Source: Negaprion brevirostris (taxonomy: Eukaryota). Taken from it: 64,000 nt of DNA. Below, in pieces: positions 25,077 to 38,324 of this stretch. Position 1 is the first letter of the stretch. The number at the start of each line of letters is the position of its first letter. The position numbers and the translations under genes were made by a program. The stretch is from positions 13,589,736 through 13,653,735 of the forward strand of contig JARDVH010000137.1 of NCBI GenBank assembly GCA_030324005.1. The letters run 5' to 3'. The notes under the pieces were generated by a model that worked only from the letters and a program-made list of their open reading frames with translations, did no database searches and was not told the DNA's origin.

Positions 25077-25383
25077 GTTAGTTGGCCATGAATAAACAAC
25101 AAACAATTTTAATATATTTGCTTTATTTTAATACCAATACAAAAAAGGTTTGAGTAGAAGTGCTCCTGTGTTTTTAAAATGACCTTTTAGATGTTTCTGC
25201 ATCTTTCCAGTTTTGGCTCTATATCTGTGAAATTGTCTCCCTTAGAAGATTATCATAGTTTAAAGTCAGGTTTGTTGAATGACAGCAATGTGCAATTGGA
25301 ATTAATCTTGTTGGTTGTTGAAAAAATTTAGAAAGCCCATGCAATGTTTTCATATGTCAACAACAAGTCTAAGCTTTCTCATG

Positions 25384-25676
25384 GGTGGCACAGTGGTTAG
25401 CACTGCTGCCTCACAGCGCCAGGGACTCGGGTTCAACTCCAGTCTTGGGTGACTGTCTGTGTGGAGTTTGCACGTTCCCCCCGTGTCTGCGTGGGTCTCC
25501 TTCGGGTGCTCCGGCTTCCTCCCACAGTTCAAAAGTTAGGTGGGTTGGCCATGTTAAAAAGTGCCCATTAGTGTCAGGGGGACTAGCAGGGTGGCCACGG
25601 GGAGAGGTGGGATTGTTGTTACTGCAGGCAAGGTGGGCCAAATGGCCTCCTCCTACTCTGTGGGAATTCTATGGAT
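25384..25676 (+). mobile_element. HE1-like V-SINE, tail A
   Basis: Full head ggtggcacagtggttagcactgctgcctcacagcgccagggac, with core and tail. Confidence 0.88.
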
Positions 25677-25694
25677 TCCATGTTCCACTAAAAT

Positions 25695-25856
25695 AACGAA
25701 TGCATTCAGGAGGTGGCTGGATGTAGCATTCGGGGCGAATGGGATCAAAGGGGAGAAAGCAGGGTTAGGCTATTGGGTTGAACAGACATGATCGTGATGA
25801 ATGGTTGGGGAAGGTTCGAAGGGCCAAATGGCCTCCTCCTATCTTCTACGTTTCTA
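25695..25856 (+). mobile_element. CR1 3' end fragment
   Basis: Homologous to 100-270. Confidence 0.7.
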
Positions 25857-26885
25857 CAGTAAAAGCACTATATAAATCGCTGTTGAGTGTGGAAGGTTAA
25901 AATTCTCCCATACTTTGTCCCATCTACATTTATATCCCATCCTCATTATTTCGCCACATTTCCAGTCTTGCCAACCGACTGCCGTTTCCCGTTGCTGCAC
26001 AGCCTTGTTACTGGCAGTTTATTTTCCACTGCCTCGAGTCTTTGTGTCGACATATCTCAGCACACACATTTCCAGTCTCTGAATCCTCCAGGGTTTGCTC
26101 ATTCCTGATCTCTGGTTCAGGTACGAGGCCAGCGGCCGTTCTGAGTGCTCGATGCAAGTGGCTGTTCATCGTGTCGAGCCTCCAGGTCACTCAGTGATGG
26201 GAAGTCCCAGCTAAGCAAACGACTGTCCTTGTGTGAGCTGCGAGCATTTCTTCACACACGGCCAGTGAATGGACATCTTTATTTTTATCCCTCAAGGGCA
26301 GTGAGTCTGATTATAGCAACACATCCCCTGCCATCAAATTGAAATCAGCACAGACTCCGTATCGCCCTGGCAAATGCACGATTGCGGGAATTGTATTTAA
26401 CCACAAAACCATCAGGAGAGCTTACCACGGGGGGTCTTAAAGACACCAACGTCACTGCAAGCCAAGTACATTCAGANNNNNNNNNNNNNNNNNNNNNNNN
26501 NNNNNNNNNNNNNNNNNNNNNNNNNNNNNNNNNNNNNNNNNNNNNNNNNNNNNNNNNNNNNNNNNNNNNNNNNNNNGTGTGTGATTGTGGTTGGTGCACA
26601 CTCAGTGGGCTGAATGGCCTTCTGCACTGTAGGATTCTATGAAATTATTTTGTTCTAACAGTCTTTTCGAAAAGACTGTGGCAAATTCTGTGCTTGAGAT
26701 TCATGGATCAAAAAGGCAGAGTTTCAGACACAAAAGTTTGCAAAGGCTTCCGTAAAACAGGACAAGATCCATTGCCAGAGTTCAATTAATACAGAATACT
26801 GAGGTCTGACTCTGACTTTTAACTCCTTGTATTGTGAATACAAACTGAAGAACTGTGATGTTGAAGGTGGTTAAGTGGTTATTGA

Positions 26886-27356
26886 ATCATAGAATCTCTA
26901 CAGTGCAGAAGGAGGCCATTCAGCCTATCGAACCTGCACCACTGACAATCCCATCTAGGCCCTATCTCCATAACCCCACATATTTACCCTGCTAATTGCT
27001 CGGACGCTAAGGGACAATTTAGCATGGTCGTTGGACCTCACCTGTGCATCTTTCAACTGTAGGAGCACGCAGAAGAAGCCCATGCTGACATGGGAAGAAT
27101 GTGCAAACTCCACACAGATGGTCACCCATGGCCAGAATTGAACCCACAGGAGCGTGATGCAACCTTCCACAGCAGTTAACTCATTGTTTGAAAGAGAAGC
27201 AACCAAAACATTGCAAGTACCTAGCCGAATTGGAAACTTTGTGGGAAAAATCACAGTATTTTCAATGTTATACAATGCGGTTGAGAGCTATGGTAACAAA
27301 TTGCACAGTTGCCTCCCCACAAATGTGAGTTAGCAGTGCTAACCACTGTGCCACTC
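26886..27356 (-). mobile_element. HE1-like V-SINE interrupted by a 163-bp inverted duplication
   Basis: SINE body at 26886-27144; the head remainder gtgagttagcagtgctaaccactgtgccac is at ~27325-27353. Confidence 0.8.
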
Positions 27357-27735
27357 AAATCACTGACTGAAAAGTAATTTTCTTCAGAACTTCCGGACAT
27401 ACTGATTTTCAGTCACCATGAGTTACTTTACCTCGTGGGATAGATTTGCAACTAGAGAAATAAAGTAGGACTTACCAACAGTGTCAGTTCTATGCTGGAG
27501 CATCTAACTCCATTGAACTGATTTGAGACACCGTCTCTGGAGTTAGATGTTTGTGACTGAAGAGAGCATGATTGTGCAATTTGTTACCATAGTTCTCAGC
27601 TGCATTGTATGACATTGAAAATACTGTGATTTTTCCCACAAAGTTTCCAATTCTGCTATGTACTTGCAATGTTTTGGTTGCTTCTCTTTCAAACAATGTG
27701 TTAACTGCTGTGGAAGGTTGCATCATGCTCCTGTG
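27145..27735. repeat. Long inverted repeat: arms 27145-27307 and 27573-27735
   Basis: 163-bp arms with 8 mismatches by manual alignment, no indels, and a 265-nt spacer. Confidence 0.95.
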
Positions 27736-30360
27736 AGGCAGCAAGGACCATTTTTACTATTTTAAAGGTGCTATCTAATTTATCTTTGTGGTGTTTTTAT
27801 TATCTTCCACACTGTGAGGTTATTCATGTCATTCTGTCCTGAAAAGTTACCATCAAGTTAGGCTTCCCCATCTCCTCCTTCACCTAAATGAAGGCATTAT
27901 GTTGATTTACTGCAGAACTGGCAAATGAAGACTGTAAGACAGGGCTAATCTGTAATTTGTTTGAGGATGTAGTGCTGTGCAGCATTAGATAGAATCTTGC
28001 TATTCTAAGCTTATATTGGTCTTTGGATTGATGTTTTCTATTGATTAATGGAGTGCCAGGCAGAGGCAGCAACTTCCTGAACAAGACTGTTCCTGTGTTT
28101 TTGCTCTGTATTGAAGCCAAACATCACGTTTGACAATTTTCTCGAGGTACTGTTACGGCCAGTGTGGGAGGAGTGCACAGTTTCTCTAGCCCCACTACTC
28201 CACAGGTCGCACCGTAAGTGTACATGTTAAATTCACTCACTACATTGGCCAGTTGTTTACCTTTGTTGCTGCTAAACCCAGAATAAAAGAGACTTCTTAC
28301 TAACAAACTCAATAATAGATTTTTTTAAAACTAAAACATTTTTAATGAGCAAATTGCAAAACTAGTTAACATACAGTTTGTAATCCAGAAGTGTAGTGAT
28401 TTGCCCCTTTTACTATCCCAATGAACATGCAAAAGACAAGACAAATTAGGTCTCTGTGGAGGTTGGAGTCAGGGAACACTTTATGAAAAATGGTAAAGTT
28501 CAGAAAGGTCTTGATCCTGATGGTTTTTGTGTTCCTGTTTGAAAGACAGTGCATTAGTCACAGTGGTTATCTGGAAGCCCTTTCCAAAGAATCCTCGGTG
28601 CAACACTGTCTTTGTTAATTCTTTCTTGTCGCAGTTCCGCAGGCTTCCAAATATGGACAAGTTATTCTAAGATGAGAGAGAGGAGCAAACTTTCTTCACA
28701 GTTTGCTCTCAAGGCACAGAGTTTTAAGAGAAATGTTCAGCCTGTTTACTCAACCAATCAGCAGGAGCCAACAGCAGTTTTTAAAAATGTTAACTCAAGT
28801 CTTAACTCTTATCTGCCTAGGTGTCTTCGTCTTTGGATTTAGCTGAAGTTATGTGGTTTATTTGGTGGGGGATGATGGTAAAACAGCTCAGACCAGAGTG
28901 AACTTGTAACCTTTTTAAGAAAAACCCTTATGGCAGTGTCCAAATAACTTGCTCTCCTTTTTTTTGACAGCATTTAGTTCTTGGAGATGTAGATTCCTAA
29001 CAATACCAACAAGTAGCTGCACAGATGTGAATGAGATGTGCCAGATACTTCTTTGAGTGCTTTCAGAAGATTGGGAAACGTAGCTAACTTTGTAAAGTAA
29101 TATCTACTTAGATCCAAAGAATGACTGATTTTGTTCTTTATGCTTGCCAGTTACTCAGAACTGATCAGAATTATTCGTCTTGGTTTAGGTGATGTGGGAA
29201 GAATTTTAAAGTTGTGCGAAAAAAAAATCAGATATGAACGGTGAACAATTGTCAGGAAAACTTTCCTTTCTTTGTCAAGTCCAGCAGCCTTCAAAGCGCT
29301 TAATTGCAAACCTCAAATGTTAAAAAAATACTAAGCCATGCTTGGATTTTGAACCGTACTTCTGTAAAAGTAGATATGATGGGTAAGGTTACGTTCATTT
29401 CAGGACTTTCAGAGGCTTTATGAACAGAAAGGAATCACACAAAAGGCCATAAATATAGCTATAATGTAAACATTCAACATATATGCAGAAATGATGCTGC
29501 TGACTGAGGTGGCTACTTGTTTCCGAAGGCAAATCATGGAGAATTTATGTTCTTTCCTTCTGTATATTAAAATTTATCAGGTTATAGGGTTCTTAAAATA
29601 AACACAAGTTCCCATTCCTTGGCTGANNNNNNNNNNNNNNNNNNNNNNNNNNNNNNNNNNNNNNNNNNNNNNNNNNCTTAATGAAGTTCACTTGGGTTGT
29701 ACGGTTCACTTAATATCGGGCACAAATCTCTTCACCAGCCCCACAACGAATGTGACACACTACACAGTACAAGGTGAAAATTAAATTCCTATCTTTTAGT
29801 GCAGCATTCTAGTAACTGCACATATAGGTGTTACCTATTTACCAATTTTGCAGTGATATTACAGCTAAATAAACTAAATAACTTCCTTTTGAATTTAAAG
29901 AAGCTATAGCATACAGCTGCCTTTTGAATCAGTTGTCGTTAGTTTGAATTTGACATCCTTAGTCAGTGATCACAAAGATTGTTAGTACAAAGCAGCAGTA
30001 GACAGTATTGAACTTCTGATGGTGGCATTGAAGTTATTAATATAGAGGAGTTGTAGTTTTATAGAACACAAGTGGAACTTAAAGTGATTTAATTATGGAA
30101 TGCAAAGTACAGATATTCATGACCTTTTTATTACATGATCAGAAATGAGCACAGTCTGAAGATTTTAAATATCATTGCTTCTTAATTATTCAGTTCTGCT
30201 TCATGGGAATAACTTAGCCTTGGTCTTGCTAAATCACAAAAAAACCCCTTTGGTTTTTAGTGAGAGCTAGCATGTCAGCATTAATTATTTGTGAAATGAA
30301 ATGTTCATTCTAATATGAAACGGGAAGAATACAGGTTCTAAGTCTTTTTTTATTTTATAG

Positions 30361-30542
30361 GGCATCCATTTTACAAGAGAGTAAAACACTTCTGAAGGGC
30401 CGAGCAGTTTCAGACCAAGCAATTGCAGAGGCTCTTTGTTCCATTATGCTCCTGGAAGACAGTTCACCACGCCAAGCTCTTGCTGATTTCCTTCTAGCGA
30501 GGAAATCAGCAATTCAGCAGTTGCTTAGCCAACCCCATCATG
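30361..30542 (+). CDS. COG1: COG1 exon 3 (182 nt)
   Basis: tattttatag|G GCA TCC ATT TTA CAA...AEALCSIMLLEDSSPRQALADFLLARK...QPHH G|gtgag. Confidence 0.96.
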
Positions 30543-30768
30543 GTGAGCACTGGACCTTGTCCTGTTTCTGTAAATAAAAAAGGAGTCATTGTGTTTGAAA
30601 CTAACCTTTGGCTAAATGAAAAAGGAAAAGTATGTTTATTATAATCAATTATTAGAGTTGATCCTCATGGATTAAGAAGTTTTTCTATCTTAATGGTACC
30701 TTTTGAAGATTGAAAGGCTAATTCACATTTTGAAGCTTGCAGAAATTAAATCGTGTTGTGTCTTTTAG

Positions 30769-30936
30769 GTGCTGGTATTAAGGCACAGGTATGTTCACTT
30801 GTTGAACTGTTAGCCACCACATTGTATCAAGCTCAAGCTGTATTTTATACACTGACTGAAGGAAAAGTGCCAGATACACTGACCTGCAGCCTTCTCTTCA
30901 CTACCTTGGCATCTATCACAAGTGAGTCTCCAGCAG
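30769..30936 (+). CDS. COG1: COG1 exon 4 (168 nt)
   Basis: tcttttag|(G)AGIKAQVCSLVELLATTLYQAQAVFY...SPA G|gtatgt. Confidence 0.95.
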
Positions 30937-31135
30937 GTATGTAGGGGTCTGTCTTTGTCATTTGCTATTAAAAATTGCTTCTAAACTTGTAAAATGCCTA
31001 CAGAATTATTCCAAAACTTATCCTTTTTGATCACTGACTGACACCTCCTTAGTAATTGACATCAGAAGTGGATGACAAATGGAATAAACACTAGCTGAGG
31101 TGTGGTGATGAGCATTGTTCTTGAGGGTCCCACAG

Positions 31136-31460
31136 GGTGGCACAATGGCAGTGGTTAGTACTGCTCCCTCATAACGACAGGGATCCAGGTTCAATTCCTG
31201 GTNNNNNNNNNNNNNNNNNNNNNTAAACGGTCTCCCTGTGTCTCCAGAGCACCCAAAGGAAAGCCCTAGTTTCCTTCTACAGTCTCAAGATGTGTAGGTT
31301 AGATGAATTGTCCATGCTATATTCGCCCTCAGTGTACCCAAACAGGCGTCAAAACGTTAGGAAATTTTCACAGTAACTTGATTCTGAATAGGGGATTTTC
31401 ACAGTAACTTCATTGCAGTGTGAATGTAATCCCACTTGTGACTAATAAATAAACTTTACT
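31136..31460 (+). mobile_element. V-SINE, tail type B
   Basis: Head, core and tail B, with a small internal duplication of ttttcacagtaactt. Confidence 0.8.
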
Positions 31461-32168
31461 TTTTACTTTATTTTCTATTATTTTTCTTTTTGTGAATATG
31501 TAACTATATTTGTAATGTAAAATTCTTGAATATGTTTTGCTGTCTGGTCAAATAGTGAGTATAAACTCACTTTCCCAAAGGATTGCTGTTTTGTATAGAG
31601 TTAACCGTACAGAAGAGGTTGGATTATAATCTGGGCTGAATCAGTTGATAATTCTTGGTGGGAATGGGAATGAGTTGTACAATTGGACCCTGGGAAGGGA
31701 AAAACAGATTTGGTTAAAGCTCATGATCATTATCCAGTGACTCCTTTTGAAAGAGCTTGCGTGTTGGTCACTGTTGGCTTTTTGGCATGATTGGACTTGG
31801 GTATTGAGCCTCCTGTGGTCCATTGTATGGTTTCTGTCAAGAATGATAGCTTGCATGAGATATTGGAGGGATACGAGATATCTTAGAAAGATACTACAGC
31901 TTGACTTAGCACATAAGTCTACCAGGGTTTAAAAGTGCTCGTATAACTTGGAGCTGATTGTTCCTGCTGCACTGCAGAAAACACTGGTGTATAACAATAG
32001 CATTGATTCTGTGTCTTGTCGAAAATCCCAGTCATGTGAGAGTAAATCCAGTTCCCTGAGGTAGAAGATCATTGCTTTCAGGCAGAGTTCATTGCGTTTG
32101 GAAATACAGGAGAGAATATTTGTTTGTACACACAAGTAACTAAACTCCTCTTTGTTTGATTGTTGCAG

Positions 32169-32325
32169 ATAGAGGAATCTCAGTGTTAAAAGAAGAGATG
32201 AAATCTGAGACCTGGTTCAAATATTTACCACCTTCTATTGTGGATTTTCAGCCTCCTCTGAGGACTCTTGCTCATCCAATAAACCGTGATTACCTGAGAG
32301 ACACTCTTCAGCAGTGGATCAACAT
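32169..32325 (+). CDS. COG1: COG1 exon 5 (157 nt)
   Basis: ttgcag|(D)RGISVLKEEMKSETWFKYLPPSIVDFQPPLRTLAHPI...LRDTLQQWIN AT|gtaag. Confidence 0.95.
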
Positions 32326-32434
32326 GTAAGCAACTGGATTTTATTTAGATGTTGATGAACACCAAAGAGCAGAAACCAGTGACATTAAAATGAAACACTG
32401 GATTAACTGCCAAAAATGCATTTAACAAGAAATA

Positions 32435-32770
32435 GGCGGCACGGTAGCATAGTGGTTAGCACTGCTGCTTCACAGTCCAGGGACCTGGGTTTGAATCCTG
32501 GCTCGGGTCACTGTCTGTGTGGAGTTTGCACATTCTCCCCGTGTCTGCATGGATTTCCTCTGGGTGCTCCGGTTTCCTCCCACAGTCCAAAGATGTGCGG
32601 GCGAGGTAGCTTGGCCATTCTAAATTGCCCCTTAGTGTCCTGGGATGCATAAGTTAGAGGGATTAGTGGATAAACATGTGGGGATAGGGCCTAGGTGGGA
32701 TTGTGGTCGGTGCAGACTCGATGGGCCAGGTGGCCTCTTTCTGCACTGTATGATTCAATGATTTCTATGA
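32435..32770 (+). mobile_element. HE1-like V-SINE, tail A, near full length
   Basis: ggcggcacggtagcatagtggttagc...gggccaggtggcctctttctgcactgtatgattcaatgatttctatga. Confidence 0.9.
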
Positions 32771-34242
32771 AGAATTGTAAAGAGCATATGCATTTCATCA
32801 ATTCCAAGATTAAGGCCAATGAACAGTTTTTACTAGCTTGTCCTGTCTTTTCTCCCTGTTGCTCTTCACTCTGAACTTCCAGCAATGTCTGGTTACTTTT
32901 CTAAATTATTTAAAGAAAAGCTAGATTAAAAATAAATTCGGATGAAGTCAGTATTGGGCTTTTTAAAACTGAAGAGTTATCCGTGTGTTTGTGTGTATGC
33001 ATTGATTTGACTTATTATTGTATTGGGATTCAGTGAAAAAATATTGTTTATTGTGTGTGAAACAGGCAAAACGGACTGTTCATAGAGTACATTAAGGAGA
33101 AGGTGCAGGCTGTAGTGTTGTGGTTACAGGTAGGGTGAAGAGTAAGATTGGCTTAATAAATGCCTACTAATTACACAATTGTTTAACGTTCCCTCAAGGA
33201 TGCACTTGTGTGTGATGTGATGTAGCAATCTGGAATGTATCTCAAATTGAAATAAACAGACTGCTGTGTTCTTCAGGGGAAATTCCAGCATTATGTCAGT
33301 CATGAATTTGTTAAAAGTGCAAATTGCCCAAGTCACATACAGAGGAGTTTGTAGCCTGCACAATGCAAAGAAAATGTAGAGGAACGTTATACTTGCAACA
33401 GTTTTTATTTATGCAAAAATTCCAAACACTCTTTTTGCTGGAGAAATCCAATTCTGCTTCACCCTACAGAAGTAAAACATTTTTTTCTTATTTATTAAGT
33501 TTTAACAACAATCATAATGAATAACAGTGCAGAAAATAGCCTAATGTACAGCAATAGTTTGGAAGAGAAGTGGGGGCAAGAAGGATAAAAGGTAGAAAAA
33601 AACTTCCTAAAAGATAAATATTGAGAAACTTAACAACAACCATAGAACAGATGTAGTTTTCATATGAAATAATATGTACAATCTAATTAGGGTCAGTTTT
33701 ATATGAAAGTAGAGAGCTGTAGTTCCCTAAAATAATCTAGGAAACTTTGCCAGGCTACCTAAAACCCACCAGTGGAACCTTTTATAGTGAGCTTTATTTT
33801 CTCAAGTTTAAGATCAGGTATCCAATTAGTAAAAGAGAGTGGGGCAGGCTGCTTCCAAGTTACTGGCATAATGTACTTAGTAGAAGCATTGAAAAGGTGA
33901 GTCTGAATTTTTGTAAGAGGAATGCCATTTGGTTCCATTCCAAAGAGTGCTGTAATAGTAAAAGAATCAATATTTGTGTTAAAAATATGACAGAGTGATT
34001 TAAAAGTGTCTAAATCAAAACCAATTTAAGAAATGGCTAGTATATTTGAAGTAGAGGTGCTGGGGCAGTATGACATTTAACACAGGTTTGATCAAAATTT
34101 GGATGGATCTTAGATAATTTAATTTTGGTAAGATGGATACGATTTTAAATTTTAAATTATAGCAAACTGTATCTTTAGATACTGATGAGAAATGTACACG
34201 AAGAAGAACAGATTGCAAGTTTTCTTCAAAGTCTGAATCAAT

Positions 34243-34587
34243 GGCAACAATTCTCCCAAAACAGTTCTAGGTGTACAATTTGTATAAAAACTGGAGTTAA
34301 TCCTGTTGTTTTTTTTTGTGGGATTTTTAAAATGAATCGTTCACCTATGCGTTGCAGAGTACCTCAGCGTGAATCATGCTAAAAATCTGTGGGCAGGCCC
34401 TATTCCAGCTGGAGAGGTCGGCATCATGGTGCTGAATGGGCCACTGCACATGTGCCAATTTTTCAGAGCCAAGATCGGCAGGTGCGCAGTAGCCCGTACT
34501 GCCGGCCTCCCGATTGCTGGCCAGCTCACTGGCTGCCCCTCTGGGCATGTCCAGGCCAGCCCTGACTCCTGGGGAAGAATTGCCCTC
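34243..34587. repeat. GC-rich non-autonomous DNA-transposon-like repeat
   Basis: Imperfect terminal inverted motifs caattctcccaa / ggggaagaattgccc; similar architecture to 37540-38066. Confidence 0.4.
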
Positions 34588-34607
34588 AATATCTTGCTCC
34601 TAAAGCA

Positions 34608-34906
34608 GCATGGTGGCACAGTGGTTAGTACTGCTGCCTCACAATGCCAAGGACCTGGGTTCAGTCCCTGGCTTGGGTCACTGCCTGTGCAGTTTCTGCA
34701 CGTTTTCCCCATGTTTGTGTGGGTTTCCTCCGGGTGCACTGGTTTCCTTCTGTGTCCAAATGGACATACTAGTAGGTGCATTGACCATGCTAAATTCTCC
34801 CTCAGTGTACCCCATCATATGCTGAAGTGTGCAACATGGGGATTTTCACAGTAACTTTGTTGCAGTGTTAATCTAAGTCTACTTGTGACATTAATAAATA
34901 AACTTC
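34608..34906 (+). mobile_element. V-SINE, tail type B
   Basis: Head, core and tail ...cacagtaactttgttgcagtgttaatctaagtctacttgtgacattaataaataaact. Confidence 0.85.
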
Positions 34907-36955
34907 TNNNNNNNNNNAACTTCTAAAAAACAGTTTTTAAGGCAGAAGGCAAATGGCAGTGTAGTGAACAAATTAGAGAATATAATTTAAAAATGAACAC
35001 CCTAACAAAAGGATTTAATTTTAATATATCGAGCTGTCAGTTAGAGGGCAAAGAATCTGAGCAGTTATTTTTGCGCTGAAAATCTCTGATTTGTGAGCAA
35101 CGGAAGAAGTGTGTGGGAGCAGATCAGATTTCTAAAAGGCAGTCAAAAGAAACAAGGCTTTTATCAATGGGTAAGTTTTTTTTAAATATGATCTGAATAC
35201 AAACTGGCATTTAGTTATGAAAATACATCAGCATTTAGTTTTACTAGATCACCACATGTGGGAGGCTATAGTTCATTCAGTTAGAAAGTCCAAAAGTTCT
35301 ACCTTCCAACATCCATTTGGTTCACCCATGTTACATCCTTTCATCAACTTAAGCCCATAACCTCTGGCACAGAATATAAAAAGGTTTGCATATTCTGCCA
35401 ACGCAGTTGTGTCAATATGATGTCATTGCAAGGTTCCATTTGTTGGTGATGTCTGTGGATAGTATACTTTTGATTTCACTGTTTTTCAGTGAAGCGACCT
35501 AATCTATTTGCAATCATTTAATCTTAAGTTGTCTAATCTTGGTCAAAAGTTCATACAATTCCCTCACGGGATTCTGATTTTCGTTGATTCCCTAGAGCAA
35601 TGCAGTATCAAGCTGCTGTCTTTTGCATCACAAGAGGCTAAAAAATCAAAGCAAGCAAAGGCAGAAAGCAGGGTTATTTTCCCCTCGCAAACCCCAAAAT
35701 GTCTTCTATTCTTTCCCATTTAATGTGATAAGAGATAAAGTTGAGTATAATATACTGTTAGATAGATGTCTGAAGCTGGTGTCAATGGAAAAATGATTAT
35801 CTCAGAAAGTGATGAAATTCTGGCACATATGGATTGTGAAGCAGTCCTCTATGGTTTGCTTGGCACTATACAGTTTTCATTGTACTACATATTTCACTGC
35901 ATTGCGAGTTTCATTTTTTGAAAGAAAAATAAGGCAGACTTTTTGAACTTGACTGGTTTCTATGATAATCAGCCTGGTACAAAACATGACTATGCAACAA
36001 ATGAACACTGGTTTCTGTTCCTGATTCTCCACTCTGTCCTTAAATCAAAGCTATATACTGGGGTCCAGTGTCACTAGTCTTCTGTTCGTGCGCAGGTGTG
36101 TATCAGTGGCCATCTTTGCGGGGGCAGACAGTGTATAAAGAATGCTGCCATTGAATCAAGTTAATGAAAACTAATGCTATTGTAACAATGAAATGTAACA
36201 CTGCATGACGCTAAATTGGAAATTTTATTCACAGGTGCATTTTATCTCAATCCTCCCTCGGGTACCATGCCCTAAGAAGGTATTAGCGACCATGAATTTC
36301 CATTAGATTGGTTCATGATTATGCTTGGCAAAGTACTGCAGTGATTTGCCATTGCCTTCTGCAGAATGACTGAGCAGCTGACTCTCCCACCTTTACTGCT
36401 TACCTTCAGGTGTATTGGAAAGATTTACAGAATGTTAATTAGACATTTGGCCACATTACAAACTCTCCTTCCGTAGCCATCAAGTTTGAAGTGGGCCTTT
36501 AAAGCTGGAGTATCTAGCCCAGGGACATAAATGGTACCTGCTGTGCCAAAAGGCCTCCTGTTACCCTGTCCCAATAGTAACTTACATGCTTGGCTGGTCC
36601 TTGGGCTCAGCTTCATTGGATAAGACCATGAATTTCTGTAATGTTGGGACTGTATATGATTATAAATTCTATTTTGTTCAAGGTGGCAATGATTTGGGAG
36701 GAATTTTCGAGTTTCGTCCTCCAGAGCCACCGAGTAGTCAGACATGTATTTACATCATGATAGTTAATATGGTAAAACAGAATGGGGAATAATAGTGCAG
36801 TATAGCAATTGAAAAAGTTAGATGTAGACAGAAATGAATAGCTAATGATCATGCAAACAGGAAGTAAAATTTTTTACTCAATTTTTAACAATATTTGGAT
36901 TTAGTGCAATGATTTAATTTTTTAATTCTGATTTAGACTTTAACTTTTTTAAAAG

Positions 36956-37166
36956 GTGTAAGGAAGACATAAAGATGGGAATTGGAAACCTGTTGATCTA
37001 TGTGAAAAGTCTGAAGGGTCTTGCTGGAATTCGAGATGCAGTGTGGGAGCTCCTGACTAGTGAATCAATAAGTCAGAACTGGGAAACTGTATGCTACCGT
37101 CTACTGGAGAAACCTTTCTCCTTCTGGGAGGACTTCCTTCAGCAGCTCTTCCTTGACAGACTGCAG
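36956..37166 (+). CDS. COG1: COG1 exon 6 (211 nt)
   Basis: ttttaaaag|G TGT AAG...CKEDIKMGIGNLLIYVKSLKGLAGIRDAVWELL...QQLFLDRLQ|gtaggt. Confidence 0.96.
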
Positions 37167-37539
37167 GTAGGTAACATCAAGCCATATCAGCATAAATGCA
37201 AATGACTTTTGTGCTTTTTGGTGGTTTAGGTTCTTTCTCAAACTGGTTGTCACCTCCAGCTAGTGATCTCTAAAGTTTTCAGTTTTATAGAATCTCTTTT
37301 GCTGTCCACATTATTGTGTTCTGTATATTCATACTGTAAATCTATTCTTTATCTGTAGATTTAGGGGGTAATGACTCACTTTCTCTGTGGTCTCTATAAT
37401 AACCATAAAAGATGGGTTTCAAAGGTTAAAGTCAAGAGAATGGGCGTTTATTTTTTTATTTCTAAAATGTTTGAAATATCAAAATAAGAAAGAGGTTTTA
37501 TTTACCCTTCATTCAGCATCTAACATTACACAGAAAGAC

Positions 37540-38066
37540 ATGGGCTGGGATTCGCTCAGTTCCTCTAAGTTCCCAACGTGTGGGATATTTGGAGTAAGCG
37601 TTGTTGAGTGATTTCCAGAATGAATCTCCGACCACTCTGAGCACTGCATAGTGCCCTAGTGTGATTCACTATGAAAATCAGGGAGCTCAGGGCTGTCACC
37701 TGAGAAGCTGGCAGCATAGCGCTGAACTGGGCACTATGCATCTGCCAAACTGTCAGTACGGAGATCAGTGCGTGTGCAGTGGTCCCCCATTGCTGGCCAT
37801 CAACACCCCATTGCTGACCTTTCGACCCCCTTGCCTCTGATTGCTGGACTCCTGTATCACCCTGTCCTATGTTGTCATGATGCTCCCCCCCCCCCCCCAT
37901 CCTGATGACCAGATCTAATGTGCAGACTTGATTGTCAAAAATCTTATGCTCAGAGAGTGCGGATGCTGTGACGCCCTGCGGGAACCTCACGAAATGGCTG
38001 TCGCTGATGTCTCCTGGCCTGCTACGCTACTCAAACAGCGCAATGGGCTGGTAGAATTGCCCCCAT
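37540..38066. repeat. GC-rich non-autonomous DNA-transposon-like repeat
   Basis: Begins atgggctgggattc and ends gaattgcccccata; the internal ctgcatagtgcc...gggcactatgca motif resembles 34243-34587. Confidence 0.4.
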
Positions 38067-38324
38067 AGCGTATCTGATTCATCAGAGAACTCCTTGCCAT
38101 AGTTTGTGAAGTTACAGAACAAATCTCTTCATTGTTCAAGATTATTAGATAGATCATCAGTTTCATCCTGAGCCATTGATGTCACTTTATTGAGCTGTTG
38201 GAGATTGTTTGCAGCCTTGATGTCATATCTGAGATTTAGCTGAGCTTCCAACTTTAAACCTTTTTCATTGGCAAGAACATCTGCTTACACATCTGTAACA
38301 TTTAGTGTTTCTGCCTCTGCTTTA

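Noticed and set aside
27145-27735. Two similar minus-strand ORFs (26955-27275, 27490-27744) suggesting a sense/antisense gene pair
   Set aside because: They are a by-product of the inverted duplication and SINE sequence; no protein family is recognisable.
32435-32510. tRNA-like A/B boxes in SINE heads
   Set aside because: They are part of SINEs, not free-standing tRNA genes.
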